DNA from: an uncultured delta proteobacterium
GTDB lineage: Bacteria; Myxococcota_A; Polyangia; Polyangiales; JAFGIB01
Assembly: GCA_963778655.1 (NCBI GenBank)
Contig: CAVZVA010000010.1
Location: 32,001 to 96,000, forward strand
Direction of reading: 5' to 3'
Length of the DNA stretch: 64,000 bases
Shown: in pieces, positions 18,715 to 28,971 of the stretch
How the letters are laid out: each line of letters opens with the position of its first letter
Position numbering within the stretch: the first letter of the stretch is position 1
Notes under the pieces: generated by a model
What the model saw: the letters and a program-made list of their open reading frames with translations, nothing else
What the model was told of the DNA's origin: nothing
Databases searched by the model: none
Program-made: the position numbers and the translations under genes

Positions 18715-21700
18715 ATGCAGCCCAAAACTCAGAACCACGCCAGCGACCGCGCACCGGACGGCGCCGAGGCAAGCGCCCCGAGCCCTGCGCTGCGCGGACC
18801 CGAGGCCGGCCCGCTTCCCGACCGTATCGCGGGACGCTATGTCGTGCAGCGCGAGCTCGGCCGCGGAGGAATGGCGGTCGTCTATTCCGTCGTGGACGCT
18901 GTGAGCGCTCGAAGGCTCGCCCTGAAGCAGCTCGCCATGGCCAGCTCCAACCGCCATTTTGGGGAGCAGGCAGCGGCCTTCGAACGCGAGTTTCACACCC
19001 TGGTTCAGCTCTCGCATCCGCGCATCATCGAAGTCTACGACTTCGGCGTCGATGACGGCGGCCGCTACTACACGATGGAGCTGCTCGAGGGCGGGGACCT
19101 CAAGGAGCGTTCGCCTCTACCTTGGCGCGAAGCGTGCTCTTTACTCTACGAGGTCTGCTCTTCGCTTGCGCTGATTCATTCGCGGGGCTTGGTGCATCGC
19201 GATATCAGCCCGCGAAATATTCGCACCACCCGTGACGGTTCGGCAAAGCTGCTCGATTTCGGCGCGCTCGTTCCGATCGGTGCCACCGGTCAGATCGTTG
19301 GCACGCCGGCCTTTATGCCCCCCGAGGTCTTGCACCGTTCGACCTTGGACGGGCGAACCGATCTGTTTTCACTGGGGGCCACGCTCTACTACGCGTTGAC
19401 CGGGCGCTCTGCATTTCCCGTTCGAGAGTTTTCGCAGTTGCAGGACGCGTGGAGGGTTCGGCCGGTTCCGCCGTCGGCCTTGGCCGCCGACGTTCCACCG
19501 GCTCTCGACGCGCTCGTACTATCTCTGATCGGACTCGATCCCCAGCTCCGGCCGCGCACCGCGTTCGAGGTAATGCAGCGTTTGGCCGTAATTGCGGGCA
19601 TCAAGAGTAGCGAAGCAGACACTGTCACTCAGGCATATATTTCGAGCCCGGTGATGGTGGGCCGCGAAAGCGCGCTCGCCGCTCTGCGCGAGCGCATTGC
19701 GCTGGCGATCGCCGGCGGCACGAGCGGGGCGCTGATCAGCGGTTCGGCGGGAATTGGTCGTTCGCGCGTGCTCGACGTGTGCGCGCTGGAGGCGAAGATT
19801 GCGGGCGCCGCGGTCGTGCGTGTCAATGCGAGCGGCGAAAATGATCAGAGCTTTGTAGTGGCGCACGCGCTCGCAACGCAGATCGTCGAAACGCTGCCGG
19901 CGCTCGCGCTATCGAGCGCCCGGCGAGAGCGGGTGGTCCAGACCTTGTTCGATTCGGCACCGGCGGGGGATGTCGACGAACGCGACGGCACGCCGAGACT
20001 CAGGAACCTCGTTGGCCGCACCGGAGATCGCCCCGCGATTCTGGCCGCGCTCATGCGCTGGTTGTCGCGCGTGGCGAAGGAGCATCCGATTGCGATTCTG
20101 ATCGACGATGCGCAGCGAGTCGACGAGACGTCGCTCGCGCTGCTCGCGGCTCTCATCCTCGGAGAGAGTGGACGGCGGCTGGCGCTGCTTGCGACCGTGG
20201 AGACTTCCTCGCCTCGGGTCGCCGAGGGTTTGAGCGTCCTCAAGCGCGAGTGTATGCAGCTCGAGCTGGACGCGTTGAGCCTCGAGGATACGCAGGTGTT
20301 GCTGAGCTCGATCTTCGGCGACGTGCCGAACCTGGCCTTGATTACCGATCGCTTGTATGCGGCGGCCGCGGGCAATCCACGTGAAACCATGGAGCTCGTG
20401 CAGTCCCTGATCGCACGTGGCTTCGCGCGCTACGCCGACGGACGATGGTCGCTGCCCGAACGACTCGAGGCCTCGGATTTGCCGGCTACAGCGGCCGAAG
20501 CGTGCATGCGGACGGTCGAAGAGCTCTCGCCGCTGGCACGGCTGCTCGCGGAGGTGCACGCGCTCGCGATTCAACAGACGTTGAGCCGCGAAGACTATGC
20601 ACTCGCCGTGAGCGAGGCAACGTCTGCAGAGCTGGACGACGCGATCACCGAGTTGCTCACGCGGCACGTGCTCGCAAGCGACGGGCGGGCCTATGTGCTC
20701 GGACGACGCGAGTGGTCGACAGCGCTGATTTCGCGGCTCGATACGGCAACGCTCAATCAGCGGCATCGTATGCTCGCGGCTGTCTATGCCAAGGACGACG
20801 CGTTTGCGCTCGAGCGCGTACATCATTTGCTGAGCGGGGATCTCGAACAGCCCGCCCTCGACTTACTGGTCGTGGTCCTGTTGCTGACCGATGCAGAGAG
20901 CGATGGGGTCTTGACGCTCACGGCCATGGGCGTCGAGCGGATCGCGACCCTTCTGGACCGCGCTCTGACGAGCGCGGAGCGACTGCAGCGAGCGCCAAGG
21001 GAGATCAACCTGATTCGCCGCGCTCTGTTTGCGGCCAGTATCTACACAGATGAGGGGAACTACTACCGCACCGCGCCGGACTGGCTGGCGCAGCTCAAGC
21101 GGGATTCCGGCTTGCTCGACTACGAGGCGATCAACGACGCCGGAAGTCCTGGCGAGCGTTTGATGCGAGCCTTGACGCTTGCGGCCGAGCGTCACGCGGC
21201 GGCGCCCGAGCAGGACCGCGTCTACGATCCGGAGCAGGCGATCAAGCATCTTGTGTTCTATGCAGCGATTTCGATTGCGATCGGATCGCGCACCCAGGAC
21301 TGCGCACTGCTTCAGTCGTTGCCGGCGGTTCTCGAGCCCTTCGCGGTCTTGTCACCCCTGATTCACGCCATGTGGCAGAACGCGATTGCGACGCGCGAGT
21401 CCGTCAAAGACAGCAGACCGGAGCGCGCGCGTCAGCTCTGGTTGGACGTAGATTCAGCGCTTTCGAAGCTCAGCGCGACCGAGGTCACCTACATCAACGC
21501 TTTGCGCGGCGCAATTGCGTACGGGATCGGATTGGTCGAGGCCCGCCTTGGGATGAGCTCGGCGGAACAGCGCGCGCGGGCGCTGGAGGACGACCCGATC
21601 CAGAGGGTCAGCGGGACCTCGTTGCGGAGGGTCGCGCGCCTGCATCAGGGCGACTTTGAGGGCGCAGAGCGCTTTCGCAGGCAAGCCGAGCTGCTCGCGC

Positions 21701-22938
21701 TACAAGCCAATCAGCGCCAGATGTTCGTGAGCACGCTGTCTGCGGAGCTGGTCGCGTATGCGCTCGCAAGTGACTTGACTGGAATTCGCCAGTTGAACGA
21801 AGCGATCGAGCCGCTTGCAGCGCGCTTCCCGGGCTGGCTGGGGTATAAGCACTTGGGGGACGGCTACTTCGAACAGGCGCGAGGTCAATTCGAAGCGGCC
21901 TGCACGGCGTTCGAGCGGGGGTTGGCGGTCGCCGAGCCGGATCCAGGCCACCCGGAGCGATGTTTTGGGAGCTGGCCGCGACTGGCGGGCGGTTACATCG
22001 AGGCGCTCGTCAGCCTCGACCGTGCAGCGGAGGCCAAAGCCTTTGGCGAACGCGCGCTGCGGGTTTGCCGCGATCATGGCATTGATGCTTCGGCCGTCGT
22101 CATTCGCCGCGCGCTCGCGCTCGCCGAGGCAAAGCTCGGCGAATACGAGAAGGCCAGTGGGCGCCTCGAGGATGCCGTCCTCGACCTAAAGGCGTTGGAC
22201 ATTACCGGCCTGGAGCTCGGCGCCACGTTCGAGGCCCGGGCGAGGATCGCGATCTGGGCGGGCGACGAGCCCGCGATCGAGCGCTACGGCCGGCTCGCCG
22301 CCAAGGTGTACAGGCACGGCGAGCGCTCAACGCTCGGAGCGCGCTACGAACGTTTGATGGATGAAGCGCATCGATTGGGCGTCTTTGTGTTGCCCGAGCT
22401 CACAGAGCTCCATTCCAATGTGACAACGTCGCACTGGCGAGCCCCGGAGAGCACGCGTATCAAGATCAAGCGATCTCTAGCCGAAGTGCGGACTGCGAGT
22501 GAGCGCGCGGAGCGGGTGTTGGATCTGATTTGTGAGGCATGTGGTGCGCGGTCCGGGCACCTGTATCTGTACCAGGAGGGTTGTTTCGAAGCCGTTGCGT
22601 CGCGGGGGCAGCGTGCTCCCGAGGCGGAGCTTCGGGAAGTCGTGCAGAGGTACGTTTCGCAACAACTCAGCTCGGATGATTTCGCTACGACGATCGAGAC
22701 CGAGACCACGCCAGAGGCGTCGACCACGGCGCGGTGGCGCGATCAGGGGGGAGCGCTCTATCAGCTCATTCTCATGAGCACCGAGCGCGGGCGCGACAGG
22801 TTGTGCGCTGGGGTCGCGGTGCTCGAAACGAGCGGTGAGGTGATGACCAACCCAGGTGCTCGGCCATTGGTGACTGCGCTCACCGACGAGCTACTGCGGA
22901 TGGGCGACGCCAGCGGCGTTACAGACGTCGACTTCTAG
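18715..22938 (+). CDS. Ser/Thr protein kinase + AAA/STAND-like ATPase + helical repeats (paralogue of the divergent gene)
   Basis: GRGGMAVVY, LALK, HRDISPRN, DFG, PPE; MVGRE; GSAGIGRS; ILIDDAQ; AAGNPR. Start placed at MQPKTQ, clear of the divergent gene. Confidence 0.9.
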   Translation: MQPKTQNHASDRAPDGAEASAPSPALRGPEAGPLPDRIAGRYVVQRELGRGGMAVVYSVVDAVSARRLALKQLAMASSNRHFGEQAAAFEREFHTLVQLSHPRIIEVYDFGVDDGGRYYTMELLEGGDLKERSPLPWREACSLLYEVCSSLALIHSRGLVHRDISPRNIRTTRDGSAKLLDFGALVPIGATGQIVGTPAFMPPEVLHRSTLDGRTDLFSLGATLYYALTGRSAFPVREFSQLQDAWRVRPVPPSALAADVPPALDALVLSLIGLDPQLRPRTAFEVMQRLAVIAGIKSSEADTVTQAYISSPVMVGRESALAALRERIALAIAGGTSGALISGSAGIGRSRVLDVCALEAKIAGAAVVRVNASGENDQSFVVAHALATQIVETLPALALSSARRERVVQTLFDSAPAGDVDERDGTPRLRNLVGRTGDRPAILAALMRWLSRVAKEHPIAILIDDAQRVDETSLALLAALILGESGRRLALLATVETSSPRVAEGLSVLKRECMQLELDALSLEDTQVLLSSIFGDVPNLALITDRLYAAAAGNPRETMELVQSLIARGFARYADGRWSLPERLEASDLPATAAEACMRTVEELSPLARLLAEVHALAIQQTLSREDYALAVSEATSAELDDAITELLTRHVLASDGRAYVLGRREWSTALISRLDTATLNQRHRMLAAVYAKDDAFALERVHHLLSGDLEQPALDLLVVVLLLTDAESDGVLTLTAMGVERIATLLDRALTSAERLQRAPREINLIRRALFAASIYTDEGNYYRTAPDWLAQLKRDSGLLDYEAINDAGSPGERLMRALTLAAERHAAAPEQDRVYDPEQAIKHLVFYAAISIAIGSRTQDCALLQSLPAVLEPFAVLSPLIHAMWQNAIATRESVKDSRPERARQLWLDVDSALSKLSATEVTYINALRGAIAYGIGLVEARLGMSSAEQRARALEDDPIQRVSGTSLRRVARLHQGDFEGAERFRRQAELLALQANQRQMFVSTLSAELVAYALASDLTGIRQLNEAIEPLAARFPGWLGYKHLGDGYFEQARGQFEAACTAFERGLAVAEPDPGHPERCFGSWPRLAGGYIEALVSLDRAAEAKAFGERALRVCRDHGIDASAVVIRRALALAEAKLGEYEKASGRLEDAVLDLKALDITGLELGATFEARARIAIWAGDEPAIERYGRLAAKVYRHGERSTLGARYERLMDEAHRLGVFVLPELTELHSNVTTSHWRAPESTRIKIKRSLAEVRTASERAERVLDLICEACGARSGHLYLYQEGCFEAVASRGQRAPEAELREVVQRYVSQQLSSDDFATTIETETTPEASTTARWRDQGGALYQLILMSTERGRDRLCAGVAVLETSGEVMTNPGARPLVTALTDELLRMGDASGVTDVDF

Positions 22939-23163
22939 GCGGCTGGCCGGCGCCCGCCGGAATCGACCCGAGCAACCCGGATGACCGGTTTCCCCTACCG
23001 CGTCGCCCTCTGCGGCTTCCATGGCGGCCCACGCGGCGCTGCTTGCCGCATGGACAAGCGGGGAATTGCCAGTTAGAACGCGCGTCACCCCGGCTGCAGG
23101 ACGGGAAGGAGCTCCAGGGCAACCGAATCTAGGCCGAAACAAGCATCACGGAGCGTCGTTCAC

Positions 23164-26160
23164 GTGACAGCCAACACGGTACCATCGCTCCCCGCAGGCG
23201 ACCCCAGCGGCGCAACGACGCCCGCTTCAGGCATCGCGCGCGCAGTCGAGCACGCGGCCCACCACCTGCCCGCACAGGGGCCGATCAGCGAGTTCATTCA
23301 CCACAACACGCTCCACGCGTTCGAGGACGCGCCATTCGAAGACGCAGTCATTCACGCTGGTCGGCGTCTGGGCTGCGAGCCATTCCTGACGGAAGACGCT
23401 TACCGAGGCGAGCTGCGGCGTGGTCGCATCTCGCACCAGGATCTCGACGCCGTTCTGACGACAGAGCTCGGGGCTCGCGCCGAAGAGGCGGTGGTCGCGC
23501 AGGTGTCGCGCTTCACGCTGTGGCGCCGGATTCTGCTACACGGGATTCCAGAAGCGCGAGGCGCCAGCCTGCAGTGGCTGTTCGACGAGAGCAGCGCAGG
23601 CAGCCGCTTTCGCGAGGATCTGCCCGGTGACGCGCGGCAGCGGCTGTGCCCGGGCCAGGCCCACCCTCTGCATGAGGAGCGCCGACTCGTCGCCGCGCTC
23701 TGGGCAGCGTGCGTGAACGCCGTCGAACGCTTGCCGGTGCCCGCAGCCCCGGCTCCGACGGGTAGCGTGCGCCACCGGGACCTCCTGATCGCCGTCTCGG
23801 ACTTGGATCCGGACGAATGGACTCGGCCCGTGCTGATCCGCTTCATCGGTGCCTACCTCGACCAGGGCCTGGCTCACTGGCCGATGCCCGGGCGAGAGCG
23901 GGGAATCCATGCCTGCTTTCTGGACGTGTACGGGCGAGCTACCGCGCGACTGTGCGGAGCGTGGGCGTCGGGCCTGGTCGATCTGATTGCCGACGATCAG
24001 GCGTCCGGGCGAGATGGCGGCGCATCGCTCGTCCACTCGCTGCGGCAGCTGGGTGTGGAAGACCAAGAGTGGCAGGAGTTCCTCGTCACCGAAGCCCTCT
24101 GGCTGCGCGGTTGGGCGGGAATGGTGTGGCAGTTCGAGACGCGACCCGATCGCGGGCCGGTATTCGCGGTGCCTGCCCGCCTCGTGGACTATCTCGCCGT
24201 ACAGCTTCTGCTGTCCCGCGCAGCGCTGCGCCACGCGGCGCACAACGCACGCATCGACGTTCCGCTGGCCGAGCTGCGGGCGACCTTGAGAGCGAAACTT
24301 CCCCCGCCGGTCGCGCCCAGCGCGATCGAACGAGCATGGCCGATCTTCCAACTGTCTCAGCTCTGCGGGCTTCCTGCCGCGCTGGTGGCTGCGCTCAGTA
24401 CGGTCGACACGGCGAAGCTGGAGCTGGAGTTGGCCGCGATCGACGGCTTGACGCGGCGGCGCTTGCTTCACCTCGCCTACGAGAGACAGCTCCGCCACCG
24501 CTTCTACGACGCCCTCGCCGCCGACGGCCCGGAGCAGCCAGCGCGGTCTGCGAGCTTCCAGGTCATCTGCTGCATCGACGACCGCGAGGAATCCCTGCGC
24601 AGGCATTTGGAGGAGGTGGAACCCAGCGTGGAGACCTTCGGTGCGGCCGGGTTCTTCGGGGTTGCCATGTACTACAGGGGTGCGCGTGCCGCCCATGCTC
24701 GGCCGTTGTGCCCCGTGACGATCACGGCCGAGAGCTACATCACCGAAAGCGACGACGACCGCAGCGTGCCGGAGCTCGCGGGTCGCCTGCGCAGCGCGCG
24801 CAGGCGGGTTGCGGCAAGGGTGGACAGGGATATCCACGTCGGGAGTCGTACCTTCGGCCGCGGAGCGCTGATCACCGCGCTCCTGGGCGCCCTGTGGATC
24901 GTCCCCCTGGTCTTGCGCGTGTTGTTTCCTTGGTCCCGCCGTGGCCTGTCGCGCTTGCAACGTGCGCGCTCGAGAGGCGCCCCGGCCCGGCTGCGGCTCG
25001 ATCGCGTTTCCGGCTCGCCACCGCTGGGACAGCGCTTCGGCTTCACGGTGGAGGAGATGGCGGACATCGTTTGGGGCCAGCTCCGTCCGTTGGGGATCCT
25101 CGATCGGATCGCGCCGCTGGTGATCGTGCTCGGACACGGGTCGAGCAGCCTCAACAACCCGCACGAGTCCGCGCACGACTGCGGGGCTTGCGGTGGCGGT
25201 CGCGGTGGGCCGAACGCTCGCGCGTTCGCGCAAATGGCCAACGATCCGCGCGTTCGCGCCCGGCTGGCCGAGCTCGGCCTGAGCCTTGGCCAGGAGACCT
25301 GGTTTGTCGGTGGGCAACGCAACAGCGCCAATAGTGACGTCGAGCTCTACGATACCGATCTCGTGCCGGATGCCCTGCTGCCGCTGCTCCAGCACGCGCG
25401 CGCGACACTTGAAGTCGCGCGGCGACGCGAGGCGCATGAACGCTGCCGAAGGTTCGAGGCGGCTCCCCCTTCCTGGCTTCCCGACCAGGCTTCGCTGTTG
25501 CACGTGCAGACGCGCGCGGTGGACTTGGCGCAACCGCGCCCCGAATACGGACACGCTACCAACGCGGTGTGCGTGATCGGACGGCGCACGCGCACGAGGG
25601 GGCTGTTCTTCGATCGGCGGGCGTTTCTCGTCTCCTACGACCCGGTGCGCGATGCGGACGGGGCGGACCTTGCCCGCTTGCTCGCCGCCGTGGTGCCTGT
25701 CGTCGCAGGAATCAGCCTCGAGTACCTCTTCGGCTATGTCGATCCGACCGGATACGGCTGCGGCACCAAGCTGCCTCACAACGTCACCGGCCTGATCGGA
25801 GTCATGGACGGCGCTCAGAGCGACCTGCGCGCTGGCCTGCCGTGGCAGATGCTGGAGATCCACGAGCCCGTGCGGCTCGTGATCGCGGTCGAGACCTCGC
25901 CGCAACGGCTGCTGCGTATCCTGGAACAAGACTCGCAGCTGCGGCGGCTCGTGCAGGGACGCTGGATTTTCCTCGCCGCCCTCGACCCCGCGGCCAACCG
26001 GATCTCCGAGCTCGACGCCTCGGGCTTCAGACCGTACGTTCCCGAGCAGGCCGTCCCGGTCGTCGCCGGGAGCTCGCGCACACACTACGCTGGCCATCGC
26101 GGGCACCTCTCCTTCGTGCGGATCAGCCGGCCGGCCACGCCGAGCCAAGAGGCACCGTGA
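23164..26160 (+). CDS. dabA: DUF2309/UPF0753 inorganic carbon transporter subunit DabA (MpsB), beta-carbonic-anhydrase-like
   Basis: LPAQGPISEFIHHNTLHAFE, CCIDDREESLRRHLE, GAAGFFG, LGHGS, HDCGACGG, QPRPEYGH, GLPWQMLEIHEPVRL. Confidence 0.93.
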   Translation: MTANTVPSLPAGDPSGATTPASGIARAVEHAAHHLPAQGPISEFIHHNTLHAFEDAPFEDAVIHAGRRLGCEPFLTEDAYRGELRRGRISHQDLDAVLTTELGARAEEAVVAQVSRFTLWRRILLHGIPEARGASLQWLFDESSAGSRFREDLPGDARQRLCPGQAHPLHEERRLVAALWAACVNAVERLPVPAAPAPTGSVRHRDLLIAVSDLDPDEWTRPVLIRFIGAYLDQGLAHWPMPGRERGIHACFLDVYGRATARLCGAWASGLVDLIADDQASGRDGGASLVHSLRQLGVEDQEWQEFLVTEALWLRGWAGMVWQFETRPDRGPVFAVPARLVDYLAVQLLLSRAALRHAAHNARIDVPLAELRATLRAKLPPPVAPSAIERAWPIFQLSQLCGLPAALVAALSTVDTAKLELELAAIDGLTRRRLLHLAYERQLRHRFYDALAADGPEQPARSASFQVICCIDDREESLRRHLEEVEPSVETFGAAGFFGVAMYYRGARAAHARPLCPVTITAESYITESDDDRSVPELAGRLRSARRRVAARVDRDIHVGSRTFGRGALITALLGALWIVPLVLRVLFPWSRRGLSRLQRARSRGAPARLRLDRVSGSPPLGQRFGFTVEEMADIVWGQLRPLGILDRIAPLVIVLGHGSSSLNNPHESAHDCGACGGGRGGPNARAFAQMANDPRVRARLAELGLSLGQETWFVGGQRNSANSDVELYDTDLVPDALLPLLQHARATLEVARRREAHERCRRFEAAPPSWLPDQASLLHVQTRAVDLAQPRPEYGHATNAVCVIGRRTRTRGLFFDRRAFLVSYDPVRDADGADLARLLAAVVPVVAGISLEYLFGYVDPTGYGCGTKLPHNVTGLIGVMDGAQSDLRAGLPWQMLEIHEPVRLVIAVETSPQRLLRILEQDSQLRRLVQGRWIFLAALDPAANRISELDASGFRPYVPEQAVPVVAGSSRTHYAGHRGHLSFVRISRPATPSQEAP

Positions 26161-27488
26161 CCGCGCCTTCGCCGCTGCTGCAGGCCTCGGTGCTCGTGAT
26201 GTTGCTCGCGCCCCTGTCGCTGCTGGGCGTGCTCTCGGTCTCCGCGCTCTTCGGCCGTCGCCTGAACGAGACGGCCGTGGGGGTCCTGACGCGGCTGACG
26301 TTCGTAGCCGCCCTGCTCGCGGCGGTCATCGCGCTCGGTGATCGGCTCGCCCACCCGTCGTCGTCGTCGCTGTTGTCGTATGGCGAATGGCTCTCCTTCG
26401 ACGAGCACGCGTTCGCTCTGGACTTCGTGGTGGATGGCCTGTCGCTAGGCTTTGCCACGCTCGCGGTGGGGATCTGCGGCACCGTGGCGGCCTTTTCGTT
26501 CCGCTACTTGCACAGGGAGGCGGGCTTCCATCGCTACTTCGTGCAGCTGGCGATGTTCACGCTCGGAATGGAGTTGGTTGCGATCGCGGGCAGTATCGAA
26601 GTCCTGGTTGCTGGATGGGAGCTCTTGGGCCTGAGCTCGGTCTTGCTGGTGGCCTTCTTCCACGACCGACCTGCGCCGGTCACCAACGCGTTTCGCGTCC
26701 TGGCCGTTTATCGCGTCGGGGACGCAGCGATGCTGAGCGCGGCCGTGCTGCTGCACCATTGGGCCGGCAGCGGCAGCCTATCGCTGTTGTTTTCGAAATG
26801 GACGGTCTCCCCGGTCGAGCTCGCGCCGGGACAGGCGCTGGCGATCGCGCTGCTGATCCTGGTGGCGGTGGCCGCCAAAAGCGCGCTGCTGCCGTTCTCC
26901 GGCTGGCTGCCTCGAGCCATGGAGGGCCCCACGCCGTCCAGCGCCGTGTATTATGGCGCACTCTCCATCCACGCAGGCTGCTTCCTGCTGCTGCGTGCCG
27001 AGCCCTTGCTGGCAGGCTCCTGGCTGGCTCGACTGCTGGCCGCCCTCGCAGGCGTCACCACGGCCTTGTACGCCACGCTGACGGCGCGCGCGCAGACCGA
27101 TGCCAAGTCGGCCCTCTGCTATGCTGCGCTCACGCAGGTCGGACTGATCGTGCTGGAGATCTCGATCGGGTGGACCACGCTAGCATTCGTCCACATCGTT
27201 GGAAACGCTTCGTTCCGCCTGCTGCAGTTTCTCAGCGCGCCCAACGTCTTGCACGATCTCCACGAGCTCGAAGACCGCGTCGGGGATCGCGTCGTCGCAA
27301 GCTCCGGGGGCCGCCGGCCGTGGCCGACAACGCCGGGGCTCTACCTCTTCGCGCTCGAGCGAGGTTTCGCAGACGCGCTACTCGACCGGCTCGTGGTCCA
27401 CCCGTTCCAGTGGGTCGTCGGGTGGCTCGACCGCCTGGATCGGTGGCTGGTGGCCGCGCCGACCTCCCACAAGGGAGGGCCAAAGTGA
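26157..27488 (+). CDS. dabB: NuoL/ND5-like proton-conducting membrane subunit DabB (MpsA)
   Basis: RYLHREAGFHRYF, GWELLGLSS, KSALLPFSGWLPRAMEGPTPSSA, QTDAKSALCYA; GTGA overlap with dabA. Confidence 0.88.
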   Translation: MTAPSPLLQASVLVMLLAPLSLLGVLSVSALFGRRLNETAVGVLTRLTFVAALLAAVIALGDRLAHPSSSSLLSYGEWLSFDEHAFALDFVVDGLSLGFATLAVGICGTVAAFSFRYLHREAGFHRYFVQLAMFTLGMELVAIAGSIEVLVAGWELLGLSSVLLVAFFHDRPAPVTNAFRVLAVYRVGDAAMLSAAVLLHHWAGSGSLSLLFSKWTVSPVELAPGQALAIALLILVAVAAKSALLPFSGWLPRAMEGPTPSSAVYYGALSIHAGCFLLLRAEPLLAGSWLARLLAALAGVTTALYATLTARAQTDAKSALCYAALTQVGLIVLEISIGWTTLAFVHIVGNASFRLLQFLSAPNVLHDLHELEDRVGDRVVASSGGRRPWPTTPGLYLFALERGFADALLDRLVVHPFQWVVGWLDRLDRWLVAAPTSHKGGPK

Positions 27489-28918
27489 GCGTGGCGCTGA
27501 CATGGCTCGCGATGATCGCAGCCCTCCCGTTGCTGTTCGTGCTGCTGGCGCGCACCGGCCTGGAGCTAGAGCGCCTGCGCGCGGTCGCGGTCGCCTGCGC
27601 GTGCGGTACGCTCGCCGTGTGTGCCGCCGTCCTGGTGGCTCCCGCTCTTGGCTCTCTACGCATCGCGTGGCCGTGGCCGGATCATCGCCTGCTGGGAGGC
27701 TCGCTGGTGCGCGTCTCGGGCTTCTCGGCCCCCCTTCTCCTGCTGCCCGCTTCGCTCTGGCTCGTGACCATCGCGGTGACACCGCGTTCTCGACTCGACG
27801 GCGCCGGCCTGCAGCGAACGGCGCTCGCGACCCTGACCGCGACGCTGGCCTTTCTGACGGAGAGCCCGGCTCTGCTGATCGGGTTCTGGACGCTGTCGAA
27901 CCTGCTGTTCGTCAGAGGCCTCTCGAGAACACTGCACCCGCGCGCGCACCGCGTGGCAAGCCTGTACCTGTGGACGAGCGCGGGCTTGATGGGCACAGGC
28001 GTGGCGCTGTGGGCCCTGGCACCCGGACACATGGCGGGCACTGTCGGGCTCTGGCTCGTGGTCGTCGCAATCCTCATTCGCAAGGGCATCTTTCCGTTTC
28101 ATGCGTGGATTCCGGAAGTCTTCGACAGTGGACGGATCGGACCGACGGTCCGCTTCAGTGCGCCGCAGCTCGGATCCTACGTTGCGGTCGTGCTCCTGGT
28201 GCCACACGCGAGCGCCGGCATGTTGCGAACCCTCGCCATCCTGTCGCTCGTGACCGCCGTCTATGGCGCCGCGCTTGCCGTGGTGCAACGAGACGCGCGT
28301 CGCGCTTGCGGATACCTGTTCGTGAGCCAGTCGGCGCTCGTGCTGGCCGGATTGGACTGCGCTTCCCCGCGGGCGCTTGCGGGCTCGCTGGTGCTCTGGC
28401 TCTCCTCTGCTCTCGCCTTCACGGGCTTGGCGAGGGCAGTCCTGTCTCTGGAGACACGACGGGGGCGGCTCGACCTGAACAGGCACCACGGCGGCTACGA
28501 GCAGATGCCGCAGCTCGCGGTGAGCTTCTTGATCCTCGGCCTGGCCTGCACCGGGTTCCCGGGCACACTGGGCTTCATCGGTCAGGAGATGTTGGTCGAA
28601 GGCGCCGTGCACGAATTCCCCGCGCTCGGGTTCCTCGTTGTGGCAGCTGCCGCCCTGACCGGGCTCGCAGTGCTGCGGATGTACTTCTCCCTATTCTGCG
28701 GGACCCACGTGGTTTCTCTCCGCCTGGCACTGTTGCGCCGCGAGGTCGTGGTCTTCGGCGCCCTGGCCGCGGCGCTGGTCGCGGGTGGTCTACTGCCACC
28801 GCCGATCATCGCCTCGCGGTTGCACGCGAGTCGCACGCTTCTGAGCGAACGCGCCAAGCCATCGACGCTTTCCTCGCCCCCCGATGGGGCGCGGGGGGAC
28901 GGCACGCCGCCGAGGTAG
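27485..28918 (+). CDS. Second proton-conducting membrane subunit (NuoM/MrpD-like)
   Basis: IRKGIFPFHAWIPE, LACTGFPGTLGFIGQEML, many TM helices; GTGA overlap with dabB. Confidence 0.85.
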   Translation: MSVALTWLAMIAALPLLFVLLARTGLELERLRAVAVACACGTLAVCAAVLVAPALGSLRIAWPWPDHRLLGGSLVRVSGFSAPLLLLPASLWLVTIAVTPRSRLDGAGLQRTALATLTATLAFLTESPALLIGFWTLSNLLFVRGLSRTLHPRAHRVASLYLWTSAGLMGTGVALWALAPGHMAGTVGLWLVVVAILIRKGIFPFHAWIPEVFDSGRIGPTVRFSAPQLGSYVAVVLLVPHASAGMLRTLAILSLVTAVYGAALAVVQRDARRACGYLFVSQSALVLAGLDCASPRALAGSLVLWLSSALAFTGLARAVLSLETRRGRLDLNRHHGGYEQMPQLAVSFLILGLACTGFPGTLGFIGQEMLVEGAVHEFPALGFLVVAAAALTGLAVLRMYFSLFCGTHVVSLRLALLRREVVVFGALAAALVAGGLLPPPIIASRLHASRTLLSERAKPSTLSSPPDGARGDGTPPR

Positions 28919-28971
28919 CGCGCGCCGTTCGGGGGAGGCAATCGCTTCGCTGCCCCCGTTCGATTCCTGTC

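Noticed and set aside
26157..28918. Respiratory complex I nuoL/nuoM
   Set aside because: No other nuo genes nearby; both are translationally coupled to DUF2309.
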